NCBI GenBank assembly: GCA_951406725.2 | Contig: OX597828.1 | Span: forward strand, 9,300,001-9,364,000 | Length of the DNA stretch: 64,000 nucleotides | Source: Octopus vulgaris | Taxonomy: Eukaryota | Direction: 5' to 3' | Part shown: piece by piece, positions 1 to 13,842 of the stretch | Numbering within the stretch: position 1 is the stretch's first letter | Layout: each line of letters begins with the position of its first letter | The notes under the pieces: generated by a model | Told to the model about the DNA's origin: nothing | Databases searched by the model: none | What the model saw: only the letters and a program-made list of their open reading frames with translations | Position numbers and translations under genes: made by a program

Positions 1-39
1 GGCGCCTGTAGAGGACAAATCAAGACTTGTCCGAGTTGA

Positions 40-790
<751 letters not shown>

Positions 791-1020
791 TGGCCTGATA
801 CAGTACAAGACAGTGGCTCTCTTGGCCTCTGATCTTAACTGACTGGAAGTGTTATCAGGTACATTGTTTTGTCTTGGTATAAAAGATGGGTTACAGCAAA
901 TATACTGCTCAATACCACAGATTTGCTTGTCATTTGTTTGACCATAACCAGTCGAGCAACCCCTTAGTGACTGACGATATATGCATCTCTGATCATGAGC
1001 AGAAGTTGTGGGAGAGCATG
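791..1020. repeat. Probable interspersed repeat fragment abutting the (AAT)n array
   Basis: Higher-GC block with a sharp boundary at the microsatellite and a 15-bp tandem duplication (gtgttacgagcgtaa, 1020-1034 and 1041-1055) at the other junction. There is no second copy in the window. Confidence 0.35.
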
Positions 1021-1619
1021 TGTTACGAGCGTAAGTGTCTGTGTTACGAGCGTAACCATATTCTCATCGCTTATACAACACTTAGGCATATTATAAGACA
1101 ATTCAATGATCATATAGAAAATATAAGATAAATTCACTGACAGACTAGTTAATACTTATACTGTATAATGATGCACAATGACACACAGGTTTAACTACTG
1201 TAATTGGCGTGCAATTTCAGAAACACTTTGATAACTAATGTTGCAATTGCACTACATATGTTATCATCGTGATAGGAAATCCATTTTCTTTTCACAGCCT
1301 GATTAGTGGCGAGTGGTCACTTATAGAATACTAGCATTAGTGCTAGTGCATGCATATACAGATGCGTGCGTGCACACATACTCGCGAGTACTGTCCAAAT
1401 CTTTGACCAATCACATACAACTAGCTGGCATTCAATTGGCGTATCAAATTTGGGGCATTTTGATTGGGTTTTGGATAGAAATTTCACAAAAAAGTCACTT
1501 CTATTGATTTTTAATGGCTTTGCGGGGTGACTGGGGAAATGTTAAGATGTGCACGACCACACTTGGATGACCATAGAAAGTGTGAGCCCTCTAACTGAAA
1601 AATTGTGGATTTGTATAAA

Positions 1620-1669
<50 letters not shown>

Positions 1670-2124
1670 TATGCCGTTCATATATATAGAGAGATATACA
1701 CAAAGCCTAAGCAACGACTGTTTAGTGTAATTCCTTTCAAATGAATTTGGTTAATTTATAATGCACAACACGGAGAAATCTGACATATTAGAGATATTTT
1801 TTACAAGTCCACATATTTGGGCAACATTTTGCAACATACTACATCATTGGGCAACATACTACATCAATGAATTTATATTCTTGGGATTGCTTAAAATAGG
1901 ATCATTGCAACGACTTCATGTTCTTCCGAAACCTTTTAAGTCTCGTATTACCTGAGATCGTGTAGATATTATATCACAAGCAGGCAAGTATTGGACGAAT
2001 CAAATTGCATAAATTACGTGCATTAAACATAATATTAAAAGTTTACTACATAGCTTAATCTTCATTATCAACGCCTGCTATGTTATTCAAATTTGAGTGC
2101 ATACTTATCTGTGTCCTAGCACGT

Positions 2125-2210
<86 letters not shown>

Positions 2211-2262
2211 CACACATATGTGTGTGCCCGCGTGTATGTATGTGTGTGTGTGAGAGAGAGAG

Positions 2263-2567
2263 AGAATGCGAAGCTTAGTCGTTAAGGTATCCGGCTCAAG
2301 ATCGTTACGTACGAGATGAACTCCCTCCGAACACAATGTGCCCTTGAGCAAGACAATTTACTTCACGTTGTTCCAGTCCACTCAGTTGTGAAAAATAAGT
2401 TGTACCTGTATTTTAAAGGGTCAGCATTGTCTCCCTCAGAGCTACGTGAAGAGTTCAAGTGTCCGTGAAGTGACGGGCCACTTGCACGTTCATTTCACGA
2501 GCAGACTGTGTCATTGGTCTGACCAACTTCAACTGAAGCTCTCGCCTTCGTACGAAATGGAATGGCA
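2263..2567 (+). mobile_element. tRNA-headed SINE, family C (head Y + tail T2), diverged
   Basis: Body gtgcccttgagcaagac..ttcacgttgttccagtccactca matches 32626-32690 and 58930-58990 (-). The tail matches the reverse complement of 53405-53595. Confidence 0.75.
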
Positions 2568-2570
2568 CAT

Positions 2571-2611
<41 letters not shown>

Positions 2612-2927
2612 GTGAGTGGGCAAACGAAAGAAGGACACTCAAGCAAGTTACTAGGAATTGCATCTTTGGATCTAACAGTTTGATTCAAATTCGTTACGCA
2701 ATGCCAGTCGTCAGCCATTTTGAATTTGAATGAAATAATTGGTTTGCGATTGGTTGAGGAAGGTGACTCGGTGTCGTGGTTTGATTTTAGTATATATGGT
2801 AAATACAGTTAGTTGAAAAGTATTGCATGGCGAACAACAACTTGACCAAGTGAAGGAGAGGGCATAGACTAGAAGTCATTCAGGATGTTGGTGGGAAGCA
2901 AGAAGGGGTGGCATGTGCAAGTATATA

Positions 2928-3137
2928 TTTCTTTACTACCTACAAGGGGCTAAACATAGAGGGGACAAACAAGGACAGACAAACGGATTAAGTCGAAATT
3001 GGTACTTTATTTATCGACCCCGAAAGGATGAAAGGCAAAGTCGACCTCGACGGAATTTGAATTCAGAACGTAACGACAGACGAAATACCGCTAAGAATTT
3101 CGCCCGGCGCTCTAACATTTCTGCCAGCTCGCCGCCT
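2928..3137 (-). mobile_element. tRNA-headed SINE, family A, with 19-bp TSD
   Basis: Reverse complement begins ggcggcgagctggcagaa and has a B-box-like gaattcaaattcc and the core gtcgactttgcctttcatcctttcggggtcgataaa. TSD tggcatgtgcaagtatata at 2909-2927 and 3138-3156. Confidence 0.92.
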
Positions 3138-4121
3138 TGGCATGTGCAAGTATATAGTTGTATATGTGCGTGTGCAGACGCGTTCATATAGTTTGCGTGG
3201 ATGTGTATATTGAAGCGCGTGCGCGCGTCTGTATAGTGGTGCGCACGCGAACGTCTGCAGACATACACACAGACACACAGACACACACTCACACACACTT
3301 ACCACGTACTTGGACGAGCACGCACGCGCACACACACACGCACAAACATACCCACACATACACACACATTAACACACACACACAGGCATACACACACATG
3401 CGGATTCATTCATTTGTATATATGTATATTCGTATGCATGTACACTGCATGCCAGTGTGCGTATGTGCACGCGCTTGTGCGCAAGTATATAAGCAAAAAA
3501 CAAGCGTTGGGGATTGGTAAGTGGTGGCACTTGTCATGTATTGGGGGTTGGTAAATGTCTTACATTTACGGCAAAATTTGTTTTAAAGAACTATGATTAT
3601 ATTTTATATAAAAATGCTTGGCGGTTTACAATTAATGGATTGTATGTCATTGTTAAAACGTATTCAGTTACCAAATTACACTAGTTTACATTATACAGAG
3701 CTCTAATCAAGTAAATTATCTATGCAAAGAAGATGATATTTTTTCTCGGAGACAGACTTACGTAAACGAAGATCACGTTCGATCGTTATCACTTTGAGAG
3801 ATATCAGCTTCAATGGAATAAGCTGGTTTACCTTTCTATTTAAAGGTTAAAATTATGGGATTAACACAATTAAATATACTGCGAATTTCAAATTATCCAA
3901 TATCATGAAGTATTGCTGAATGGAATAATCAATTATCCCTCGTCACCAGACTCAGACTGATGCGTTTAATGAATTCTAAATTATATGCAGTTTAAATAAG
4001 TATAAACTACTAGTATCATCGTCAAGCGATAGACATTATTACGTTGAGTTAGGTCTAGAAAATTTTGAGTTATTTCGCCCTACGAAGAAGCATATGATAA
4101 CAAAAACAAAAAATATATATA

Positions 4122-6112
4122 TGATTTGATTTTGATTTGATTTTTGATTTTTCCAGTTTCAGCTTATGAGCTGTGGCCATGCTGGGGCACCGCCATTTGG
4201 TGTTGCTACTTGGTTTCACTTCATGAAGGCTTTCTAGCAGCTGCTATTTGGTGCATGAGAGAGTTCGATGCAGCTGCCCTCATCTGCCCCTCCTGCCGTG
4301 AAGTTGGTTCATCTGGGACACCTGACAGGAAGAGATCCAGCTTCATTTTAAAGACATCTGTATCCACCCCATGCAGGTCTCTCAGGTTCTTCGGGAGGAT
4401 ATTGAAGAGCTGTGGGCCTCGGAAGCCCAGGCTATCACAGAATCTTGTCCTACATCTTGATGGCAAGTTTGGAGTCCTAGGCACCACGCAGTGGCGCCCA
4501 GTTCTGGCATTTGCGTAACTCTCGATGCCAAAGTTCAGGACACTTCCCTCCAGGATCTTCCATATGTATATTATGGCATATCTTTCCCGCCTACGCTCCA
4601 GGGAATATAATTTTAATTTCCTGAGTCTTTCCCAGTAGCTTACATTCTGCATAGAGGCTATCTTCTTCGTGTAGCTACGTTGGATCGCCTCGAGCTCTGT
4701 GATCAACTTGACACTGGATGGTGACCATAACTGAGAGCAGTAGTCAAAGTGGCTTAGGACAAGTGTCCTCCAGAGGACCATCATGGTTTCTTGTTCTCTT
4801 GTTCTAAAGGTTCTGAGGATCCATCCGGCCAGTCGTCTACATTTCATTGCCAATTTAGCAACATGTACACGAAAGGTCGCGTCATCACTCATGTAAATAC
4901 CTAGGTCACGCACTGATTGTGCCTCTGGGATTGCTATTCCTCCGGGTCCTGTGTATTCATTGGGTATTGCATTTAGTTTTGCATGCTGATAGTATAGAGC
5001 TTGAAACTTTTCAGCATTGAACTGCATGCTATTCTTTTCGGCCCACTTGTATATTTTGTCTAGCTCACATTGCAGGTGTTTAGTGTCCTCAGGGTTCTGT
5101 ATTGCCTGTGAAACTTTTGTATCATCTGCATAACTTGTGATCGTGGCTCTCTGCGTGGCTGAGGGCATGTCTGAGAGGGCCATTATGAACAGTAGTGGTC
5201 CCAGAACAGTGCCCTGCGGAACACCGCTCACTATTTGCGTGTTAATGGAAGTGGCCCCATTGGCCACTACCACCTGACTTCCATCTTTCAGAAAGTCATG
5301 AAGCCATTCTCCCAGTTTTCCAACTATGTTGAGATCACGCAGTTTGTGACATATCATTCCATGATCGACTTTATCAAAGGCCTTTGCAAAGTCGAGATAT
5401 ATCACTTCCACATTTGAGTGGTTGAGCAGCCGTTTCAGCACCCAGTCATAGTGTTGTAGGAGCTGAGTTAAACAGCTTCTCCCTGGTCGGAAACCATGTT
5501 GGGTGTCGGGCAGCAAGTCATTTTCTTCAAGGAAGGTGATCAGCTTCCTTCTGACTATTCGTTCCATGACCTTGCTGATGTGTGAGGTGAGAGAGATAGG
5601 TCTATAGTTCTTGGCTTCCGCTCTGCTACCTTTTTTATGAATTGGGCATATTTTACATTCCTTCAGTTTTCTTGGAAGTTTGCCAGCTGCAAGGAAGCTC
5701 TGAAAGAGGAACTGCAGTGGTCTTGCTAGGACTCTCTTACATGCTTTTAGGAGGATTGCCGGGAATCCATCGGGGCCAGTAGCTGAGTCTGTTTTCATTT
5801 CATCTATAGCCTTGATTACATCGTCTTCCTTTATATCGATGTAATCTATCGTCGCCGCCTCTGATTTTATATCTGCAGTGGTAAAAAAGTCAGTTGGATT
5901 GGTGATTTGGAGATGCCCAAGGGGTGGAGTGAAAACACTCTTGAATTGCTCATTCAGTATTTCACTTACCCTCATTGGTTTTCCTGTAAGTGTGCCATCC
6001 TTTTCGAGGAGTGGCCCTATTCTACAGTGCACCGTAGCTGTTTCTTTGGCATACCTGTAGAAAGCTCTGGGGTTAGATTTTATGTTGTCTATAGCCCATA
6101 TGTTGTCTATAG
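4122..6112 (-). mobile_element. 5'-truncated CR1-group LINE, young copy, inserted in (TA)n
   Basis: RT ORF, a ~70-nt 3' UTR with a stem-loop, a degenerate (ATCAAA)n tail at 4122-4152, and (TA)n on both flanks. Confidence 0.93.
4221..6032 (-). CDS. Non-LTR reverse transcriptase (ORF2, endonuclease domain missing)
   Basis: 603 aa without stops: GPDG, NYRPISLTS, QHGFRPGRSC, YLDFAKAFDKVDH, SGVPQGTVLGPLLF, YADD, RDLG, YWERL..LERRRER. The frame stays open upstream to about 6097 (WAIDNIKSNPRAFYRYAK), so the listed start is not a real start. Confidence 0.95.
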   Translation of the reverse strand: MHCRIGPLLEKDGTLTGKPMRVSEILNEQFKSVFTPPLGHLQITNPTDFFTTADIKSEAATIDYIDIKEDDVIKAIDEMKTDSATGPDGFPAILLKACKRVLARPLQFLFQSFLAAGKLPRKLKECKICPIHKKGSRAEAKNYRPISLTSHISKVMERIVRRKLITFLEENDLLPDTQHGFRPGRSCLTQLLQHYDWVLKRLLNHSNVEVIYLDFAKAFDKVDHGMICHKLRDLNIVGKLGEWLHDFLKDGSQVVVANGATSINTQIVSGVPQGTVLGPLLFIMALSDMPSATQRATITSYADDTKVSQAIQNPEDTKHLQCELDKIYKWAEKNSMQFNAEKFQALYYQHAKLNAIPNEYTGPGGIAIPEAQSVRDLGIYMSDDATFRVHVAKLAMKCRRLAGWILRTFRTREQETMMVLWRTLVLSHFDYCSQLWSPSSVKLITELEAIQRSYTKKIASMQNVSYWERLRKLKLYSLERRRERYAIIYIWKILEGSVLNFGIESYANARTGRHCVVPRTPNLPSRCRTRFCDSLGFRGPQLFNILPKNLRDLHGVDTDVFKMKLDLFLSGVPDEPTSRQEGQMRAAASNSLMHQIAAARKPS

Positions 6113-6338
6113 TCTATATATATACATTCAAATATATATATATATACATTTAATCATCTCATAATAATGACTTTTATTACTTTTATTACTACCTCAGTCC
6201 ATCAAAATGTATATATCTGTCGTTACCTTTCATAAAAAGCGTTTTCTTTTTTTATTCAAATGTGCATTTTCCTTGATTTTTCTTACTTCCCCTTACATTT
6301 CCACGTGTATTTTATATTTTCTTTTTGTAACATATTTC

Positions 6339-6375
<37 letters not shown>

Positions 6376-8149
6376 AATATTCCTTTTTATTTATACTAAG
6401 TACAAATCATTTTACGATAGACCACTATGACAACGCCTGTAGCTAAAGAGCAAATAGGTAAATAAACATCAAATATTTGTTTATTAGAGCTTGTATTTTC
6501 TGTAGGTTAGAGTGTATGAGCTTGTAACAGAGGTATACGCAGGTATGTGTACGTGCGTATTCTGATGAGTAGACAAAGTGGACAGACATTTATTTATATA
6601 TATCTATTTATATATATATATATACATACACACATAGGTATGTATGGTTATATGTGTAGGTATGGTACATGTGTAGTGTGTGGTCTACGTAATCGGTACA
6701 AATTGGATCGATGGTTGTGTCGACCATCAGTTTCTTTAACATTGGAAATAACCTTGGATGTTAGTCTATGTTATTTTGGAAAAGGAGCCAGATTCTTTAT
6801 ATCAGGTGGACTTCGACGAAAGTGTGATTGTTGTTAACGGCGCAGGTGAGACTTAAGTCTATATGGTTTAAAACTGCATTTAGTGCAGATATTAACCGTA
6901 GCAAGCTGTTACTGGAGAGGACAGAATATTCGTATTACAGTGCGATGCTTTATAATTCGAGTGGAATAGGTGTGTTTTTTGGACGGTGAGTGAAGCAGCG
7001 GTCAGGTTTGTGATCACAGAATATACGGACAACAATCTGCCTTCACTCTTTTCACATATAACACGCTCTTGACAAAGCTCCAGCGACCATAGTCAATTGC
7101 GACAGTATTCAAAGACTGTGGGCTTCATATCATTATATTCATATCCGTCCAGAAATATCAATTCATAACTATATCCCATTTCTTTTGAATACCAGATCCA
7201 ACAGTATGTCTATTTATAATCATCTCTTCTGTGTGCTAAGTGGAAGGGGCTTAGTCCGGAGAGATGCATACATGCAGATACAAATATACATATACAAAAC
7301 AAAAATGCACATAGATTCACAGGAGCACTCATGCACATTCACATACATATATATTCAGATGTTGCTACTCTGACATCACACTGAGCATCCATTTTTAGAA
7401 ATAAAATCCATAATTCATCTTACAGAAGTAGTGTATATTTATCATGTACTGGCCTCTTTCCAGCTTGCTCATAAAAATAAACATATATTTCTAACAAAAT
7501 ATATTTCTAAATACTAATTGTTATCCGTTCATGTATGTTAAGCATGCATACAAATCTTGCATTAATATCGAAGACACATATGTGCGTATGTGTGTGCGTA
7601 TGTGTGTGTGTGTGGGTTTGTGTGTGTGTGTGTGTAAGTATACATGTGTGATTTTGTAGTAGTTTATGCATTTTTATATTTTTATATTTCACTTTATAAT
7701 AGCAAGCATGTAAGTACGTATCTGTATTTTCGCGGGCGCGCGTATGCGGTTTTGTATGTGTGTGTATGTGTGTGTGTGTGTGTCTGTGTGTGTGTGACTG
7801 TATGTAATAATATGACAGAAGTGTGATTTTGATATATAATTTATATAATACTACGGAAAGAATTTCATTGATACTTGTTTTCCTTTGTTGATAGTAAGAA
7901 GATATTTCGGTGAATAGTCACTCCACTGAATATTTTATATGAAGAATATTTAAGTTTTGCGAGAAGTTACTTGCGTATTGATAAATACATATAAATAACC
8001 TTGGAAATCTAACCTTCTTCTAGTTGGTTTGTTAGATTGGCACTAAGAAAAATTTAACCAGCTACAATGTCAGTAACATCGTGACATTGCATTATTTTCG
8101 AAAACATTGATCGAAATAACTGATCGTTTTCTTAAGCGAAGACAAATTT

Positions 8150-8620
8150 CAAGGAGTTGGCACAATTTGGCTGGCTGACAAACCATGCTAGAATATTATG
8201 AAGCAATGCCTCCCAAATAGCTATTAGGTTAGTTGTCCAAGCACGTTCAACTGTCCGTAATGAACATTGGCTAAATTACTGATAGCTCTAGGTCATTGCT
8301 GCCATCTGAAGTCAGATACTGCTTAATGGCTGGAAACATCTTCCGACGGAATCCTGGCAGAAACACTTTCTTCGGATGGCCGCAGATGAAAAGTTCCTTT
8401 AAACAGACGTACATTGATGTAAGCAGTGCTAGGAGAGATCTAATGAGCTGGTTTGGTTTGCAATGCCATGGTCTAGTAAAGAATGACACAATATTGACAA
8501 TAGGCATTACGAAGTTGGCTGGTGTGTCACAAAGGTTGATCTCATTTACATTAAAACCATGAATATGTATAAGAGGAAGCGACAAACTACGTCTTCATGC
8601 CAACGGACGCCACATAACTA
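8150..8620 (+). mobile_element. Possible highly degenerate RTE-type LINE 3' relic
   Basis: Fragmentary similarity to RTE C-termini (PK*LL; GWPQMKSSFKQTYIDVSS..DL.SW..CHGL). Many stops and frameshifts. Confidence 0.3.
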
Positions 8621-8923
8621 TTTAAGAATATCGCATTTCACTTCTGGTTAATCAAAGCGCTTTGTTGACTAGACGAATTATAGAATTAAGGAAATTTCAA
8701 ACTACATAGTTATAAATATTTCTTAAGAACTATAGAAATATCGAATAAGAGAAATCGAAGAATGATTATAGCTACATAATTCATTAGAATTACTGCATAA
8801 TATTTGCATGAATTACTACGACATTCTTGTCTTTAGATATAGAAATAATTTCGTCATTGATAATGCAAAATATCCGTTTGAACACAGTGTTGTATTGAAA
8901 TAAGTTTTGCATAAACTCAGCTA

Positions 8924-8996
<73 letters not shown>

Positions 8997-9889
8997 TGTA
9001 TGTATGTATGTATGTATGTATGTATGTACATGTATGTACGTCTAAGTACGTGTGTAATCTATGTGCATGTTTGTATGTATATAGTCTGTATGTATGTTAG
9101 TATGTATGAAATGAGGTAAATTGAAATTATTCAATGCTTTCAAAATGTGAAATTTTTAAATCAGTGTAAATCTAAGTTGATTCTTTAAACGTCATTGAAT
9201 TGTATCAAGTTATATCTACTTGCTGTATATTTAAAATAACGTTTGAATGTAATATGTGATGCAAATATAAAGGAATTTAATAGTGTCACACAGGAAGTAG
9301 CGCACTGTTTTAATTTAACTGTTTAAAACCCATTTTAAAATAGAAATAGAAAGTTGAAAGCTTGTAATAGTGCTCATATTTTAGAATAGAATAAAGACTT
9401 GAGTGATAATTAACTCAGTTTTTATATGCAAATATTAATACGTGTATTAACATACATATACGTACATACATATAGATACAAACATGTACATATATATGCA
9501 CACATATATAGACAGATACACATATAAATATAGTATAAACACACTCACTGACGAATTCATACACATACACATAAATGTGTAAGTGTGAGTGAATATGAAT
9601 ATATGAAAGAGATTTTGTTACAAATTTAGAAATTTATGCATTTGCACTGGTATGTTGGAAATTTCGTAAACATACAGTAGTAACAGATATCCTTATGCTT
9701 TGATAGAGACACATCATCCAACCTACAATATATGCACTAATTGTTATTAATATTCGTGTCTATGTATCTTTGTTGTTTTCTGTAAACAGTTTTAATTGCA
9801 TTCGCTGCACATCTACTCAAATAACTGTTTCCCAAAACTTTTTTTTTCACATATCCTCCCAAACGTATCAATTTACACGTGTCTTTTTC

Positions 9890-10300
9890 TTTTAACTTTT
9901 ACTTGTTTCATTCAATAGGCAGCGGTCATGCGAGAGCACCGCTTATAGTTTTGTTGTTGTTGTTTTTTTTAAAAACTTAGTACGTAATGTATTGGACTGT
10001 TTTGTCGAGAACGCTAATTTACGAGGACGTAAACACATCAACACAGGTTGTCAAGAAGTTAGGGTTAGGGTTATGGTTAGGGTGTGACAAACACTGACGC
10101 AGACACAACACACACACAGTCATATAGATAGATAAATATATATATGTAACTGGTTTCTTTCAGTTCCAGTCTACCTAATCCACTCAGAAGACTTTGATCG
10201 GTACGAGGCTATAGTACAAATCGCCTGTCCAATTCTCCACGTTTCCACGTTGTGCAACTGAGCCGAAAACCAAGTGGTTGGGAAGCAAGTTTCTTACCAC
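9890..10300 (-). mobile_element. SINE family B, diverged copy
   Basis: Reverse complement is colinear with 15181-15570 over the head, the ggaaactgaaagaa module and the 3' tail. Confidence 0.85.
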
Positions 10301-11034
10301 ATAATGTGATACCTTTACAGAGAATAACGCCCTTGATGTCAATGAAACACATTCCAGCAGTTTCTCATATATTGGGTGAGAAGACTTCAGATTGAAATCA
10401 CTTGTAGTGACTGCTAGCAATGCGTGAAAGAAATTGTTAAATTGTACTCGAAATAACATAAAGATGCGCCCCATCAGCGTAGTGGATTGTTCATTGATTA
10501 CACATTACCAACAGTAATGAGGCAGGTAGAAATAAGTACTTTCTGAGAGGAGATTCATTAGCAGTAAGTTGCATGGTTATGCAAAAGAAATATGAACAGA
10601 AAGTGCTGTTGAAACATCAGGTTAATGTAGAAATTTTTTTCTCTGATTGATTTGGAATCAGTCACGCAAGAATGATACAAGTATATTTAAATATTGAGAA
10701 GTATTAAAACTAATGGTTTTAATACAATGATTTTTATAAATTCACGAGACACACTTTGCATTGGTTCAGTCATTTTTACTGAGCCTGTCAAAAGTTTTCA
10801 TTAGTATATTACACAACATATATCTAACATTTTGAAAAGTAAATGTGAACCCTGATGAACTTTTAGTTAGGAAACCAGTTGAATTTACTATCCTTTTCCT
10901 AGGATTCTGGAAGAATTTATATCGATGTTTCATCTTATTGTATATGAAGTTGGTTTTGGTGTTGGATTCGTTGACTTTACGTAAGACAAATATTTTATGT
11001 GTATCTATATCTATATATATCAATATCTATTTGC

Positions 11035-11533
11035 CTGAAGCCACCTTGAGCATAATCCTATGAACCCAGAAATTGAAAACAGAGAGTTACCCACTTGCAA
11101 ACAAATGTGGTAACATATAACAATATTGACCAAGGTTACCGTGGTCTTTTTCGTAGGCTTTTCTTCCCACGGATAAACCTTACTTGCTTTCCCCTTTACA
11201 CCATATATCATAACACTGTGATACACGATCCCTATTGATCGTTCTTTTTTTCCTCTTCCCCTTTTTTCCCCTTCTTTCTTCTTTTTTCATTTCTCTTTCC
11301 TTTTGTACCTTTTCCTTTTCTTTTTTTTTCTTTTTATTCTTTTGATTTTATTCAATTTTTTTAAAATTTTATTTTAATTTTTTTTGTTTTTGTTCTTTTC
11401 TTCCCTCTTGATCGAAAACCTACGCCACCCCCTTTTTTTTCTTTTGTTTTTTGTTCTCTTCATCCCCCAAAAGAAAAGCTCTACCTTGTAACTTGTCTCA
11501 TCTGTGTGCAGCCCTGTGTGGCCAATAAAGAAA
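11035..11533 (+). mobile_element. Probable 3' end of a LINE (T-rich UTR, AATAAA), possibly L1/Tx1-type
   Basis: Short ORF end (EATLSIIL*), long polypyrimidine tract, terminus gccctgtgtggccaataaagaaa followed by microsatellite. The last ~41 nt resemble the SINE family A tail. The clade is an inference. Confidence 0.45.
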
Positions 11534-11593
11534 CTTATCTATCTATATATCAATCTATCTATATATATATATACACACACACACACATATATT

Positions 11594-11644
<51 letters not shown>

Positions 11645-11671
11645 TTTATTTTAAGCAGCAGAAAATTCAAC

Positions 11672-11718
11672 AAAATCTGTACTCTGAGTTTCTCGTTGCC
11701 GTTCACCAGACAGTTTTT
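11672..11718 (-). ncRNA. Degenerate minimal type I hammerhead ribozyme motif
   Basis: Reverse complement: aaaaactgt CTGGTGA ACG-GCAA-CGA GAAAC TCAGA GTA cagatttt. Core A6 is changed to G. Confidence 0.6.
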
Positions 11719-11831
11719 GTTAGAATGGAACCGATATATTAATTCAATCTAGACTCTTACAAACGCTACACCTTTAAAAAGAAATGGACTTGTTTGATTG
11801 GCCCTTTAGAAAAAAACGGTCAATCTTCGAG

Positions 11832-11877
<46 letters not shown>

Positions 11878-11979
11878 GTAAATGTAATATGTGACAATTA
11901 TGCACTAGCAATCATGGGAAAAATACAGATAAATTCCTCTATGTATATAATATTGAGGTCACTTTCTTTTGTTGTCTTA

Positions 11980-12265
<286 letters not shown>

Positions 12266-12311
12266 CTGACAGTTAGTAAGGAGAGACACAAATAAGAAAG
12301 AAGAAAACAAA

Positions 12312-12356
12312 GGACTACTGATGCGGTCACAGGATTGTGACGAAAGAACTCTGGCC
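12312..12356 (+). ncRNA. Degenerate minimal type I hammerhead ribozyme motif
   Basis: ggacta CTGATGC G GTCACA-ggat-TGTGAC GAAA GAAC TC tggcc. Perfect 6-bp stem II, core A9 changed to C. Confidence 0.6.
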
Positions 12357-12520
12357 GAAATAAGATTAAGATTAATGTAAAAAATAAATAACACTGAGAC
12401 AAAATAACACCAAATATACAGTGCGTGTGTTTTTATTGGCTAAACTGGCAAGATGACCATTCCGAAATATAACAATATATGTTTCAACACACGACTTTAC
12501 ATAAAAAATCTTGCACAACA

Positions 12521-12565
<45 letters not shown>

Positions 12566-12735
12566 TATAAGAAAAGGGACAGGCAAACAGGTTGCTTGAC
12601 CGCATACCGAAAAAATAGAAATAGCAGTCAAGAATGCTTATTTCTATCAAAGTTGGACTCCGGGCACGACAAACCCTGTAATTCACATATGCCAAACAGA
12701 AGGAATAGATAACGAAAACGAAGTCTGGTGGTTAT

Positions 12736-12848
12736 CTGTGAACATCATGTTTCTGAATTATAAACATATTGAATATATATTTCATTTATATTTTTGATAT
12801 ATATTTCATATACATTGCATATATATATCACATCCTTCTTCAGCTCAG
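12736..12848 (-). ncRNA. Degenerate type I hammerhead motif with long AT-rich stem II
   Basis: Reverse complement: ctgag CTGAAGA AGGATGTGA...(~85 nt in total)...TTATAATTCA GAAAC ATGAT GTT cacag. Stem I pairs at 4 of 5 positions. Confidence 0.45.
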
Positions 12849-13238
12849 CTTTCCATTGAAAAAGATTTATCATAGATTTATCAAATGCTACGTACCTCAA
12901 ACCTTCTGACCATGCGACATCAAAATATTTGAAGAAAGTGAGCAAAAGCTAAACTTACATAGACGTTTGAATTCGTAAATCTTCCCTCCAAAATCTTGCC
13001 ATGCGCACTACAAAAATAGTTCCATAAAATTGGGAACTATTGGGTTGTCATAAGGGAGCGAAAAATCCAAATAGTAATATAATAATAAGAGTAAATAATT
13101 TCTATAAAGGCTTTTAAAAAAACCCCAATTATTTACTGGTAGAATTCGTATAAATATAGCCGATTACCGGCGGAACTTCGTAAAGTTAGTATATATATAT
13201 ATAAGAAAAGGACAGGCAAACAGTTTTATATATAGTCA

Positions 13239-13314
<76 letters not shown>

Positions 13315-13719
13315 GTATATATAACGTTGATAACAAAGAAGACAGCAGAGATTTTATTCACATCCGAAAGCTTCTTTATTGATAAGGTTTCTATAGCAAC
13401 TGTACCAACTGTACAATGATTTGTATACAATTATAAGTTTTAGTCATTGCAATTTCATCAAGAGTCCATCATTAAAAGTGAACTGATTTTAACAAGCGTC
13501 CTCGTACTGTGTGTGTCTGTGTGCTTATGTGTGTGTATGTGTGTGGTGTGTGTTTGTGGCGTATGTGTATCATGTATGTATCTCCCTCTCTCTCGATCTC
13601 TCTCTATCTATCTATACACACGCACATATATATATATGTATACATACATACATACATGCATACACACACACACACACACATGTATATATATATATATATA
13701 TATATATACAATTATAACG

Positions 13720-13810
13720 ATAAGGGTTTTGAAACAAGTTACTTGACCACATACTGAAAATTTTAGAAATAGCAGCCAAAAGACTGCTATTAAGCTATAT
13801 GCTATTAAGC

Positions 13811-13842
<32 letters not shown>

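Noticed and set aside
6680-7050. Possible Penelope RT/linker relic on the minus strand (FRRSPPDIKNL, GYFQC)
   Set aside because: Only two short motifs, too degenerate to support a call.
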